NCBI GenBank assembly: GCA_046581755.1
Contig: JAYGFR010000120.1
Location: 1-49,822, forward strand
Length of the DNA: 49,822 nt
Direction of reading: 5' to 3'
Source of the DNA: Nitrospinota bacterium
Lineage (GTDB): Bacteria > UBA8248
Positions 7,987 to 18,070 of the stretch are shown here, piece after piece (the stretch's first letter is position 1; every line of letters begins with the position of its first letter). The translations under genes and the position numbers were made by a program. The notes under the pieces are model-generated. The model did no database searches, was not told the origin of the DNA, and saw nothing but the letters and a program-made list of their open reading frames with translations.

Positions 7987-9780
7987 TTAACGGATCGAGA
8001 CCGGGTTTTTCGAAATCAGGTGCTGCCCGAGGGCCAGGTGCAAGAGCCCGGAGTTCTCGAAGGTGCGGATCGCGTCCTCGGGGCTCGAGACGATGGGCTC
8101 TCCGTGAAGGTTGCAGGAGGTGTTGAGAACGCCCCCGATTCCGGTCAGGCCTTCGAACGCCTCGATCAGGCGGTAGTAATCGGGATTATAGGAGCGCTCA
8201 AGAATCTGGGGACGGAGGGTGCCGTCGTAGGGATGGCACGCCGCCGAAAGTTCCTCGCGCCCGAGCGGGGTGCCGCCGAAGGTGAGCATCATATAGGGGG
8301 AGGAGAGTTCCTTGGGGTTTTCGATGTAATCCCCCGCCCGCCGGTCGAGAATCGAGGGCGCGAACGGCATCCAGAAATCCCGGCTCTTGATCATCTTGTT
8401 GATGTGCTGGACCACCCGAAAATCGCACGGGTGGGCCAGTATCGAGCGGTTCCCAAGGGCGCGGGCGCCGAACTCTTCCCGCCCCTTGACGCGGGCCACC
8501 ACCTCTCCGATGGAAAGCAGGCGGGCCACCTCGGTCTCGATGTCATCGAAGCGGCGCACCGAGTGCCTCCCGACCGCGCCGGATTTTTCGATGGCCTCCG
8601 CGACGCTCTCCTCATTCGCCTCCCGGCCCAGGTAGAGCGCCTTGAGCGGGACGCAGCGCCTCCGACGTCCGGATTTATCTCCTTCGGCATGAAACCAGTA
8701 GGCCGCGCCGATGGCGTTCGATTCGTCCCCGCAACTGGGCAGGACGAATATTTCTTCGATCTCCTCGAGAACGGCGACCTTCTGGTTCGCCTTGACGTTC
8801 ATGAACACCCCGCCGCTCACCGCGACGCGGCTCTCGCCGGCGGCCTCGATTCCCGCCCGGACCCAATCGATGAGCAGTTCCTCGAACAGATCCTGCGCGG
8901 CCCCGGCCACCCAGTCGAAGCGGTGGCGCGCCAAGTTTTCCATCATGTGGCGGAAGCGACCGCGGTGGACCTTCCAGCGGAAGGCGGGCGTCTTCGATCG
9001 CTCGAAGGCGATCATCTCCTTGAGCACCCCGTAGGATTTCTCCTTCCCGTAGCCGGGGGCATAGGGAGCGAGGCCCATGACCTTGTATTCGTGCTCGAGC
9101 TGGCGCATCCCCAGGTACTGGGTGACCAGGCTGTAGAAGCTGCCCAGCGAGCCCGCCGCGCTCGGCGAGGCGGCGAGGCGCCGAATTCCGCTGTGATCGG
9201 CCGTGTTCCAGGTGGCGCAGAGGCCGTCGCCCGAGGCGTCGTTCGTCAGTACGGCGGCCGCGCCCCCGTTGTCGGTGGCGAAGGGAGAGCCGAAATAGGC
9301 CGCCGCGGCATGGGCGGTGTGGTGTTCGACGATGTGGATGAGCTTTTTCTCGATGCCGAGATGTTCGGCGATTTGCTCGAACCGCTTTTTGTTGGGCGTC
9401 AGGGCCTTTCCCTTGGCATCGCCGGAGATTTTGAGCTTTTGGCCCACGCGGCGGACTTTTCGCCCAATCCGGCTCTGTTTCTTGATCCCCAGATATTCGT
9501 CGATGTACTCATCGTCCCGGGTCACCCGCTCGAACCATTCCGGGTTCATCACCTCGTGGCCCGCGAGCGCGACGGCGGACAGGTCCGAGGCGCGAATTCC
9601 GGCATGACTCAGCAGGAAATCGACCGATTGCCGGGGATAGGCGCTCTGGTTCTTCTCCCGCGTGAAGCGCTCCTCGCTCACGCATCCGATCACTTCACCC
9701 TCTTTTAACAGGCAGGCCGTCGCCAGGTGGGAATCGCTGATGCCCAGAATATAGCCCGATCCGCCGGACTCGGAATTCAC
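7987..9780 (-). CDS. O-carbamoyltransferase, NodU/CmcH/TobZ family
   Basis: 597 aa; EERFTREK, EHHTAHAA, EYKVMGLAPY, SGGVFMNVKAN, EFGARALGNRSIL, MPFAPS and LNTSCNLHGEPIV (Kae1-like plus YrdC-like architecture). Confidence 0.93.
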   Translation of the reverse strand: MNSESGGSGYILGISDSHLATACLLKEGEVIGCVSEERFTREKNQSAYPRQSVDFLLSHAGIRASDLSAVALAGHEVMNPEWFERVTRDDEYIDEYLGIKKQSRIGRKVRRVGQKLKISGDAKGKALTPNKKRFEQIAEHLGIEKKLIHIVEHHTAHAAAAYFGSPFATDNGGAAAVLTNDASGDGLCATWNTADHSGIRRLAASPSAAGSLGSFYSLVTQYLGMRQLEHEYKVMGLAPYAPGYGKEKSYGVLKEMIAFERSKTPAFRWKVHRGRFRHMMENLARHRFDWVAGAAQDLFEELLIDWVRAGIEAAGESRVAVSGGVFMNVKANQKVAVLEEIEEIFVLPSCGDESNAIGAAYWFHAEGDKSGRRRRCVPLKALYLGREANEESVAEAIEKSGAVGRHSVRRFDDIETEVARLLSIGEVVARVKGREEFGARALGNRSILAHPCDFRVVQHINKMIKSRDFWMPFAPSILDRRAGDYIENPKELSSPYMMLTFGGTPLGREELSAACHPYDGTLRPQILERSYNPDYYRLIEAFEGLTGIGGVLNTSCNLHGEPIVSSPEDAIRTFENSGLLHLALGQHLISKNPVSIR

Positions 9781-10958
9781 GCCGCGAATGCCCTCCGCTT
9801 TTGAGCCGCCTCCCGGTAGATGGCCGCCATGTTTTTCGCCACCACCCGGCGGTCGAACTCCTCAACAGCCCTTCGCCGGGCCGATTCCGCCATTGCCCGA
9901 GCCGTCTCGGGCTCGGCCCGCAGCCGCGAGAGCGCGGCCGCCAGCGCCTCATCGTCCCCTGGCGGAACCAGGATGCCCTCGCGCCCGTCGCGCACGATTT
10001 CGTCGGTGCAGCCGACCCGGCTCGCCGCGACCGGCTTGCCCGCGGCCAGGCAATCGAACAGCACCCGGCTCGTTCCCTCCGAGCGCATCGAGGGAAACGC
10101 CAGCGCATCGCAGGCCGCGAAGGCCCCGGCGAGACTATCCAGATAGCCCGTCACCACCGTGCGGTTCGCGATGCACAGCTCCCGCGCCAGGGATTTGAGG
10201 TTCTTCATATCCTCGCCCTTTCCGATCAGGAGCGCCCAAGGGGGATCGCCCCCCTCACGGCCCATCCGCGCCAGGGCGCGGAGGAAAACGTCTTGCCCCT
10301 TCATCCACATCCGCAGGCTCCCCGCGACGCCGGCCACCCAGGCTTCGGGGGGAATCCCCCAATCCCGCCGGAAGGCGGCGCCGTCGTCCGAGGGGCTGTA
10401 GGCGGCGGCGTTCACCCCGCCCATCACCGTGGCGAAGCGCTCGGGCGGAAAATCCCCGCCCGCCAAATAGGCCGACCTGATCTTATCGCATACGGCCACC
10501 GTCCGGTCGGTCCCGCGCCGGTAGAGCCAGCGGTTGAAGGGGTGGCGGCGGACGGCGCCAAAAATATGGCGGCTTCGCACGATGACGGGTCTGTCCCCCA
10601 TCGGCCAGGCTGCCGCTGCGATCCAGTGCTCCACCCCCCGGTGAACGTGAACCGCGTCCACCGAACGCTCGCGCGACAGCCTCTTGATCAGGGCGATGTC
10701 GCGGAGATAGCTCGCCGGGTGAAATTTGTTGCTCGCCTCGATGAACCCGATTTCCCCGACGCCCTCGCTCCGCGCCCGCTCGGCGACCGCCCGGCCCCGC
10801 TCGACATCCCGGCACAGGAGCAGGATCCGGTGCCCTTCCTCCTCCAGGCCGATGCAAAGGTTGACCGCCGCCCAAGCGTCCGAACTCCACCCGCGGCAAG
10901 TGAGAATCTGGAGCACGGAGAGGGGCCGATCGTCCCCCGCGGGCGACTCCCGGTTCAT
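9777..10958 (-). CDS. GT4 glycosyltransferase
   Basis: GT-B features: HVHRG, RSRH, GGVN, KGQDVF and SEGTSRVLFD (EX7D variant). Confidence 0.85.
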   Translation of the reverse strand: MNRESPAGDDRPLSVLQILTCRGWSSDAWAAVNLCIGLEEEGHRILLLCRDVERGRAVAERARSEGVGEIGFIEASNKFHPASYLRDIALIKRLSRERSVDAVHVHRGVEHWIAAAAWPMGDRPVIVRSRHIFGAVRRHPFNRWLYRRGTDRTVAVCDKIRSAYLAGGDFPPERFATVMGGVNAAAYSPSDDGAAFRRDWGIPPEAWVAGVAGSLRMWMKGQDVFLRALARMGREGGDPPWALLIGKGEDMKNLKSLARELCIANRTVVTGYLDSLAGAFAACDALAFPSMRSEGTSRVLFDCLAAGKPVAASRVGCTDEIVRDGREGILVPPGDDEALAAALSRLRAEPETARAMAESARRRAVEEFDRRVVAKNMAAIYREAAQKRRAFAA

Positions 10959-12763
10959 GAGGCGCCGTCCGGCTCCCCGAAGGGGGCGGGCTCGCTCCCG
11001 GCGGGAACCCCGGAATGAGCCGAATTCTCGCCGTCCCCATCGAGCTGCATGGCCGAAAACCTGCTATAGAGCCCTCCCGCCGCCATCAGCTCCGCGTGGG
11101 TTCCCCGCTCCGCCAACCGGCCCCCGTCGAGGACGGCGATTTCATCGGCCCCCCGGACGGTGGCGAGGCGGTGGGCGACAACGATGGTAGTGCGCCCCTT
11201 CATCAACCGGTCGAGGGCTTCTTGAATCACCCGCTCGTTTTCGGCGTCGAGAGCGCTCGTCGCCTCGTCGAGCAGGAGGATCGGCGGGTCCTGCAATATG
11301 GCGCGGGCGATGGCGATTCGCTGGCGCTCGCCGCCCGAAAGGCGAACGCCGTCCTCCCCGATCTGGGTGCGGTAGCCATCGGGCAGCGCCTCGATGAAGG
11401 CATGGGCATTGGCGGCCCGGGCGGCGCTTTCGATATCCTCGCTGGAGGCCTCCCGCCCGGCCCCATAGGCGATATTGCCCGCCACGGTGTCGTCGAAGAG
11501 GATCACCTGCTGGCCCACCACCCCGATTCGCGAGCGCAGGCTCCGCAGGTCGAACTCCGCGCCATCCACCCCGTCGAACTCGATTCTCCCCGAGGTGGGC
11601 GCATAAAACCGGGGAATCAGATCGAGCAGGGTGGTTTTTCCGGCGCCGCTCGCACCCACCAGGGCGAACACCGAACCCGCCGGGACCTCGAAACTCAAAT
11701 CATCGAGGACGGCCCCCGCGCCGTAGCTGAAGCCCACCCCCGAGAAACGGATCCCCTCGGAGAGGCCCTCCATTTTCCGGCCGCCCGGATGGACCTCCTC
11801 GGGCGCGTGGCGGTCCATCAACTCGAACACGGACTGCCCCCCGGCGACCCCTTCCATCAGGGTATGGTAGACGCGGGAGAGGGACTTGAGCGGGCTGTAG
11901 ATCATGCCCACCGCCACGAGGAAGCTCGACAGCTGGCCGGGAGTCGCCTCCCCGCGGATGACCATTCCGGCCCCGTACCACAGGACCAGACCCGCCAGGA
12001 GGCCGCCGATGCCATCGACGATGGAAGGGGTCATCGCCCGCACGCGCATGGCTTTCATGATCCGGCGGAAAAACGAGAGGTTCGCGCGCGCGAAACGCGC
12101 CTCCTCGGCGGCTTCGGCCCCGAAGGCCTTGACCATCCGCATCCCGACATAGGTTTCCTTCATCAGCGTGTTCATCTCGCCCATCTTCACCTGGGTGGTC
12201 CGGGTGATGCGGCGGATTCTCTCGCCGAAATGGGCGATGAGGAACGCCACCGGCGGGATGACGACGAGGAAGAGGAGCGCCATCCTGGGCTGGTTGTATA
12301 TCGCGATGCCCAGCAGGCCAACGAACGTGAAGAAGTGGCGGCCCAGGTCGCGGACCGCGCTCGAGGCGGCTTTTTGCATCAGCGTGATGTCGTAGGTGAC
12401 CTTCGACATCAGCTCCCCGGTGGTTTTGTCGTCGAAGAAGCGCAGGGGCAGGCAGAGCAGATGGCGGTGGAGGCTGTTCCGGATGTCCATCACCACCCGC
12501 TGGCCCACCCAGTACATGAGGTAGTTTTGACAGTAGGCGAGGCCGCCCTTCAAGGCGTAGATTCCGGCCACGCCCACCGAAAGCGCGAAGGCCATCCCCG
12601 TGTCTTTCGCGATGAGAACGTCGTCCACCGCGTAGCGCACCAGGAGCGCCGGGAGCGCGTTGAAGGCGCCGACGAAAACCGTGCAAACGGCGGCGGCGGC
12701 AAACCGCACCCGGTAGGGCTTCAGGTAGCCGAGTACGCGGATGTAGATCTGAAACCGGCTCAC
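10955..12763 (-). CDS. msbA: Lipid A-core flippase, MsbA-type ABC transporter
   Basis: 602 aa; TM domain plus NBD with Walker A GASGAGKT, signature LSGGERQR, Walker B LLLDEATSALD and AHRL. Located inside the LPS operon. Confidence 0.88.
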   Translation of the reverse strand: MSRFQIYIRVLGYLKPYRVRFAAAAVCTVFVGAFNALPALLVRYAVDDVLIAKDTGMAFALSVGVAGIYALKGGLAYCQNYLMYWVGQRVVMDIRNSLHRHLLCLPLRFFDDKTTGELMSKVTYDITLMQKAASSAVRDLGRHFFTFVGLLGIAIYNQPRMALLFLVVIPPVAFLIAHFGERIRRITRTTQVKMGEMNTLMKETYVGMRMVKAFGAEAAEEARFARANLSFFRRIMKAMRVRAMTPSIVDGIGGLLAGLVLWYGAGMVIRGEATPGQLSSFLVAVGMIYSPLKSLSRVYHTLMEGVAGGQSVFELMDRHAPEEVHPGGRKMEGLSEGIRFSGVGFSYGAGAVLDDLSFEVPAGSVFALVGASGAGKTTLLDLIPRFYAPTSGRIEFDGVDGAEFDLRSLRSRIGVVGQQVILFDDTVAGNIAYGAGREASSEDIESAARAANAHAFIEALPDGYRTQIGEDGVRLSGGERQRIAIARAILQDPPILLLDEATSALDAENERVIQEALDRLMKGRTTIVVAHRLATVRGADEIAVLDGGRLAERGTHAELMAAGGLYSRFSAMQLDGDGENSAHSGVPAGSEPAPFGEPDGAS

Positions 12764-13920
12764 TGGCGCATGTCCTTGGGCGAGGGAGCGATGTCGAGCA
12801 CATGGGCGTAAATATTTTCCACCATTTCCGCCCGGTAGCCGTTGTGGAATTGACGCTCCACCCGCTGCCGCCCGGCCCGGCCGAACCGGATGCGCTTCCC
12901 CTTGTCGGCGATCAGGGTCTGGAAGGCGGCGGCCAGCGCGCCGGGGTTGTCCGGCGGCACCACATAGGCCGTCACCCCGTCGCGCACCACCTCGTCGAGG
13001 CCGTTGTGGGAGGTCACGGCGCAGGAAAGGCCCATCGCCATGGCCTCGAGCAGGGCGCGCGAGGTTCCCTCCGAGCCCGGCGCCATGAGGGTGAAAACAT
13101 CCAGCGCCGAAAGGACGTCGGGAAGCTCTTTTTCGATATAGCCGGGAAACAGCACCCGGCCGTTCAGGCCCAGTTCGGCCACGCGCTCCTTGATCGTGGG
13201 CAGGTATTCCCCCTTTCCGATGATCACGAGCCGGACCTGGGGCGCCCGGGGAGCGAGGGCGCCAAACGCATCGAGCAGGGTCATGTAGCCCCGGTCGGGC
13301 GCCAGGCGGGAGACGATTCCGATGAGCACCGCTTTGTCGGGCGATTCCAGGATATCGCGGCCGTTGACCCGCGACTCGATCGAGGCCGGGCGGAAGCGCT
13401 CGATATCCACCCCGCCGCGCACCATATGAATCCGCGAGGGCGGCACCTGGAGCCGGTTTTTGAGGATGCCCCCGATGTAGTTGTTCACCCCGATGACGGC
13501 ATCCGTCGCCCGGGCCAGAAGATATTTGTTGACGATGCCCGGCTTCGCCGAGCGGGGATGGTGAACCGTCCGGACGAGGCGGGGCTTTCGCTTCGACCTC
13601 CGGATGGAGGCCAGGCCGAGCCAGTGGTCGGCGGTCAGGTGGGCGTGAACGATGTCCGGGTTCGTCTTGTTGATGAGTGCGGTCAGGGCGCCGACGGATT
13701 TCCAGACACGGCTGGGATTCAGGCTCCGGGTCGGGTCCACGCCCTCGGCTCTCGGATACCCGCTATCGTCCGCGCGCTCCTCGAGGACATCCCCGCCCAC
13801 GCACACGAATTGCATGTTGTGTCCCCGCTTTCCGAGACCCGCCGTCAGTAACAGCGCGGGCTCGGCCGCACCGGTCCACCAGGGGCTGCTGATGATCTGG
13901 ATGATGTTCAGCTGGCGCAT
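12760..13920 (-). CDS. GT4 glycosyltransferase
   Basis: WWTGAAEP, HAH, RTVH, GGVD and SEGTSRALLEAMAMG (EX7E). Confidence 0.87.
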   Translation of the reverse strand: MRQLNIIQIISSPWWTGAAEPALLLTAGLGKRGHNMQFVCVGGDVLEERADDSGYPRAEGVDPTRSLNPSRVWKSVGALTALINKTNPDIVHAHLTADHWLGLASIRRSKRKPRLVRTVHHPRSAKPGIVNKYLLARATDAVIGVNNYIGGILKNRLQVPPSRIHMVRGGVDIERFRPASIESRVNGRDILESPDKAVLIGIVSRLAPDRGYMTLLDAFGALAPRAPQVRLVIIGKGEYLPTIKERVAELGLNGRVLFPGYIEKELPDVLSALDVFTLMAPGSEGTSRALLEAMAMGLSCAVTSHNGLDEVVRDGVTAYVVPPDNPGALAAAFQTLIADKGKRIRFGRAGRQRVERQFHNGYRAEMVENIYAHVLDIAPSPKDMRQ

Positions 13921-15017
13921 GCCGTGAGAACCTCGTTGTATATCCGTTCGGTTTCATCGAGCATTTTTTCGAGCGTGTGGTTTTCGTGGACGAAGGCTCT
14001 GCCCGAGGCGCCCATCCGCGCGCGCCGGCCGGCATCCCCCAGAAGATCGCTCACGGCCTCCGCCAGGGCCCGGGGGTCTCCCGGCGGAACGACCACGCCC
14101 GAGCCCGCCGGAAGGATGGACTCGGAAACGCCGCCGATGTCCGTCCCCACGATGGGCAGCGCCATTGCCATGGCCTGAATCGCCACCTGGGGCATCCCCT
14201 CGGTCCGCGTGGAGGCGATGACGAGAATATCCAGCCCGGCCATGATGCCGGGGATATCCTCCCGGTAGCCGGTGAAGGTGACGGTCCCATCGCCGAGGCC
14301 GAGCTTTTCCGCCTCCTCGATGAATATATCGCGCCAATGGCCGTCGCCGACCACGAAAAACCGCGCCGGGGCTCCGCCCTCTTTCACGATGCGGGCCGCG
14401 GCCAGGAAATGCTCGACGCCCTTGCTCTGCCGGAGGTTGGCGACCAGCCCGACCGCCGGCACGCCTTCGGCCAGGCCGAACTCCTCTCGAAAGGCCTCTC
14501 CCGAGACATCCTCGCCGAAGCGGGCGAGATCCACCCCCGTGGGAAGGACGCAAACGCTGGCGGCATCGCACAAGCCGTTTTCCACAAGCGCCCTCCGGAT
14601 GAGGTCCGCCGTCGTCATGACCCGGCTCGGAAGGCGGTAGGCGAAATTCAGCCAGTGAGCGCTGACGGGAATGGATACATGCCGGGTGCGGATCACCGGA
14701 ACCCCGAGCAGGCGCCCGGCCACCCCGGCCAGCCAGCTGTCCTTGCTGCTGTGGGTATGGATGACATCGGCGCGGAACTCGCGGATGAGGGAGATGAGCC
14801 GGGCGAACGCCAACGGGTCCCAGCCGGTCCGCATTCGGAGGCTCCGGTAGGGGATCCCGGCGCGGCCGGCCTCATCCCCGATCGGGCTGCCCGGCTGGCC
14901 CACCACGAGAACGCGGTGGCCTCTTTCCTGGAGGGAGCCCGTCTCGAGGAGGATGCGCTTCTCTTGGCCGCCCCAGCCAGGGGACGCCTCTGTATGGATG
15001 ATGTTAAGTGGTTTCAC
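13908..15017 (-). CDS. GT4 glycosyltransferase
   Basis: HTEASPGWGGQE, HTHSSKDSW, RTRH and TEGMPQVAIQAMA (EX7Q variant). Likely GTG start at 15017. Confidence 0.87.
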   Translation of the reverse strand: MKPLNIIHTEASPGWGGQEKRILLETGSLQERGHRVLVVGQPGSPIGDEAGRAGIPYRSLRMRTGWDPLAFARLISLIREFRADVIHTHSSKDSWLAGVAGRLLGVPVIRTRHVSIPVSAHWLNFAYRLPSRVMTTADLIRRALVENGLCDAASVCVLPTGVDLARFGEDVSGEAFREEFGLAEGVPAVGLVANLRQSKGVEHFLAAARIVKEGGAPARFFVVGDGHWRDIFIEEAEKLGLGDGTVTFTGYREDIPGIMAGLDILVIASTRTEGMPQVAIQAMAMALPIVGTDIGGVSESILPAGSGVVVPPGDPRALAEAVSDLLGDAGRRARMGASGRAFVHENHTLEKMLDETERIYNEVLTACAS

Positions 15018-15834
15018 GCCCTCGGCGCCTCTCCCAGAGGAAGGCGGTCCGCATAAAGACATAATAGGCATATCCGGCCGAGGCGATGAAACCCTCCTGG
15101 CCGTCCCGCCAGCCAGATTTCAAAACGTAGCCCTTAATGAACCGCCAGAGGGGGCGAAAAAGAAAATCGCCGGCCCCCGGCGAGCGGCCCTTCGAATGAA
15201 GCTCCCCGGCGGCCAGGGCGGCGTAGCGCAGCTGGCGCGCGAAAAAATCCTCGATATTGTCGTAGCTGTAATGCTCCAGAGGCTCGGTCAAATCGGCCAC
15301 CACGCCGTCCACCTCTACCGATTCGTGCACCAGCTTCCCGTTGAAGCGACCGCGCCCCTTCCGGAAGAGGCGGATCTGATAGTCCGGCCAATGGTCCCCG
15401 TGCCGAAGCCATTTTCCGAAAAAGATATTTTTCCGGGGAAGGCGGTAGCCGTCCGCCGGCCCGTCCGCCGCCAGCACCTCGAGGATCCTCTCCCGGAGCG
15501 GGGCGGAGACGACCTCATCCGCGTCCAGGCTTAAAATCCAGGGATGGCGCGCCTCCCCGGCCGCAAGGTTTTTCTGGGCCGAATAGCCCTCCCAGGATTG
15601 CCCGAGGACCTTGGCGCCCCGGGCGCGGCAAATCTCCCGCGTATCGTCCTCGCTCCCGCTGTCCAGGACGATGATCTCATCCGCCCAGGACACGCTGTCC
15701 AGGCAGGCCCCGATGCGGGCGGATTCGTTCCGCGCGACGATGGCAACGCTCACCGGCCGGCGCGCCGCGCCCTCGGCCCCGCCCCCGCCCGAATTCGCCG
15801 CCAGGCCAGTGCGGGGGTCGGCCGCCTCCCTCAT
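15004..15834 (-). CDS. GT2 glycosyltransferase (WaaE/KdtX-like LPS beta-glucosyltransferase)
   Basis: VARNE, DSGSED, QKN, WILSLDADE, PDYQIRLF, VHE and HYSY. ATG at 15834, just after the Trm112 stop. Confidence 0.88.
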   Translation of the reverse strand: MREAADPRTGLAANSGGGGAEGAARRPVSVAIVARNESARIGACLDSVSWADEIIVLDSGSEDDTREICRARGAKVLGQSWEGYSAQKNLAAGEARHPWILSLDADEVVSAPLRERILEVLAADGPADGYRLPRKNIFFGKWLRHGDHWPDYQIRLFRKGRGRFNGKLVHESVEVDGVVADLTEPLEHYSYDNIEDFFARQLRYAALAAGELHSKGRSPGAGDFLFRPLWRFIKGYVLKSGWRDGQEGFIASAGYAYYVFMRTAFLWERRRGRETT

Positions 15835-15836
15835 CG

Positions 15837-16037
15837 CTAGCCGTCCTTCTCCTGGCTCTTTTCCCACTCATCGAGCGGAATGGCCTCGTCCACCAGCATG
15901 ATCGGTATGCCGTCCTGAATCTTGTAGACGAGCTTCGAATCCTTGCAGACGAGGAAATTGCCGTCCTCGCTGAGTTCCAGCGGCTTTTTGCTTACCGGGC
16001 ACGCTAGAATGTCGAGCAGTTCCTTGTCGATGGTCAT
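15837..16037 (-). CDS. Trm112/YcaR (UPF0434) family small protein
   Basis: 66 aa; LLDILACPVSK...Y.IQDGIPIMLVDEA signature. ATGA overlap. Confidence 0.9.
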   Translation of the reverse strand: MTIDKELLDILACPVSKKPLELSEDGNFLVCKDSKLVYKIQDGIPIMLVDEAIPLDEWEKSQEKDG

Positions 16038-16981
16038 CCCTTGAGTCTCCCTAAAATCCAGTTCCGCTCGGCCTCGAGGCCTTCGCGCAAATCCATCTGG
16101 GGCCGGAAACCGAGCGCCCCTCTCGCCAGCGAGGTGTCCGCCCAGGTGTGGCGGACATCCCCCATCTGGTCACTCTCGTAATTCACCTCGAGCGGCGTCC
16201 CCTGGATTTCGCCCATCAGGCCAATCACCTCGTTCACCGTGGCCCGGTGTCCTCCGCCCAGGTTGTAGACCGCTCCCGCCTCCCCTTTCATCATGGCCAG
16301 GCGGGTTCCCTCCACGGCATCGGCGGAAAAAGTGAAATCCCGGCTCTGCTCCCCGTCGCCATAGACCGATATGGGCTTGCCCTCGATCCCCGCCGTGAGA
16401 AACCGGCGGAAGGCCATGTCCGGCCGCTGCCTCGGACCGTACACGGTGAAGTAGCGGAGAGTGACCGTGTGGATGCCGAAGTTGCGGTGATACAGATGAC
16501 ACAAATGCTCCCCGGACAGCTTGGAGACGCCGTAGGGCGATACGGGCCTGAGAACGGCGTCCTCCCTCACCGGCCCCTCCGGGGTTTCCCCGTACACGGA
16601 CGATGAGGAGGCGTACACGAAGGCGCGCAGCGGGCGATCCCGGCAGGCTTCGAGAAGGCGCTGGATGGCGAGGGTGTTGTCGTCCAGATAGACCGAAAAC
16701 GCCTTCCCCCAACTCGCACGGACGCCTGCCTGGGCGGCCAGATGAAAAACGCCGTCCACGTCCGAAACAAGATCCTCCACCGGATCCCGGCAAAGGTCCA
16801 TCTCCCGAAACTCGAACCCCTCCGCCCCTCGCAGCGTCTCGAGATTGGCTTCCTTCTCATCCCTCCCGTAATAGGGGGAAAAACGGTCCACTCCGAGGAC
16901 CCGGGCGCCCTCCCCCACCAGGCGCTCACACAAATGCGAGCCGATGAAGCCCGCCGCACCCGTCACCAAATATCGCGGCAC
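16034..16981 (-). CDS. NAD-dependent epimerase/dehydratase (UDP-glucuronate 4-epimerase-like)
   Basis: TGAAGFIG, HLAAQAGVR, ASSSSVYG, YGVSK (YxxxK) and YGPRQRPDMA. GTG at 16981 with GGGAG SD. Confidence 0.88.
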   Translation of the reverse strand: MPRYLVTGAAGFIGSHLCERLVGEGARVLGVDRFSPYYGRDEKEANLETLRGAEGFEFREMDLCRDPVEDLVSDVDGVFHLAAQAGVRASWGKAFSVYLDDNTLAIQRLLEACRDRPLRAFVYASSSSVYGETPEGPVREDAVLRPVSPYGVSKLSGEHLCHLYHRNFGIHTVTLRYFTVYGPRQRPDMAFRRFLTAGIEGKPISVYGDGEQSRDFTFSADAVEGTRLAMMKGEAGAVYNLGGGHRATVNEVIGLMGEIQGTPLEVNYESDQMGDVRHTWADTSLARGALGFRPQMDLREGLEAERNWILGRLKG

Positions 16982-17008
16982 GTATAAACTCCCTTTATAT
17001 TCGCACAC

Positions 17009-18070
17009 CTAGCCTGATTTTTCATGACCCTCCCACAACCGCCGGAGGGCCCGTATTGCGTCGTTTTCCCCGATTCGGTCAAGGCACTCCACATCCGGGC
17101 AGGTCCGGCCATAGCAACCGCTGCACGCGAGGCGTCGGTGCAGGACGGCATGCCCCTCCCCCCAGGGCCCGTTCCGCCCGGGATCGGTGGGCCCGAACAG
17201 GGCCAGGCACCGGACGCCCAGGGCGGCGGCCAGGTGCAGGGGGCCCGTATCGCCCCCGGTGAAAACGTCCGAGCGGCGGATGAGGGCCGCAAACTGCCGG
17301 ATATCCGTCGGCGGAGAAAGCGTCGCGGGCCCGCGCATGGCCCCCGCCACCCGGCGGGCGGTCTCCTCCTCGCCGGGGCCCCAGGTGATGAGAAGGTTCC
17401 CCTTCGAGAGTTCCAGCCAGGCGTCCCCCAGGGCGGCATAGCGCCCGGCCTCCCAGCGCTTGGTCTCCCAGCCGGCGCCCGGGTGCATGATCATGAGCGG
17501 GCGCCCCCCCGCCAGGCCCTCGCGGCGAAGGTAGGATGCCGCCCCCTCGCCCTCTTCGGCCCGCTCCATCAGCGGAAACCGAATCAAATCGGCGGGCGGA
17601 GGCTCGATGCCCAGCGGAGCCAGCAGCGAGAGATTTTTTTCGACGACATGGTGCGGCCCCTCGATGGGCGGCGCCCAGTGCGTCGTGAACACCACGTTCA
17701 GCCCCTCGCGGCAGACGCTGTGGTCGAACCCCACCCGCGTCCCCGCGCCCGAGGCCCAGACGATGATGCCGCTCTTGATCAAGCCCTGCGCATCGACCGC
17801 GATGTCCGCCCGAAGGCTCCTGAGGGAGCGCAGGCAGCTTCGCGCCAGCGCAACCAACTTCAGGGGGTCCTCCTTCGGCCAGGCACGCGTATCGACGGTG
17901 AACACCCGGTCGATGTCGGGATTGCCTTCGAGGAGCAGGCCCGGCCCCGGCGCTGCCGCCCAGCAGATTTCGGCTGAGGGATATGCATCCCGGATGGCCG
18001 CGGCCAGCGGCAGGGTGTGGATGACATCTCCGATGGCCCCCAGGCGGACCAATAAAATCCGCTCGCCCAT
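17009..18070 (-). CDS. waaC: LPS heptosyltransferase I (GT9)
   Basis: VRLGAIGDVIHTLP, DAQGLIKSG, HPGAGWETKRW, DTGPLHLAAA and LFGPT. Confidence 0.85.
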   Translation of the reverse strand: MGERILLVRLGAIGDVIHTLPLAAAIRDAYPSAEICWAAAPGPGLLLEGNPDIDRVFTVDTRAWPKEDPLKLVALARSCLRSLRSLRADIAVDAQGLIKSGIIVWASGAGTRVGFDHSVCREGLNVVFTTHWAPPIEGPHHVVEKNLSLLAPLGIEPPPADLIRFPLMERAEEGEGAASYLRREGLAGGRPLMIMHPGAGWETKRWEAGRYAALGDAWLELSKGNLLITWGPGEEETARRVAGAMRGPATLSPPTDIRQFAALIRRSDVFTGGDTGPLHLAAALGVRCLALFGPTDPGRNGPWGEGHAVLHRRLACSGCYGRTCPDVECLDRIGENDAIRALRRLWEGHEKSG

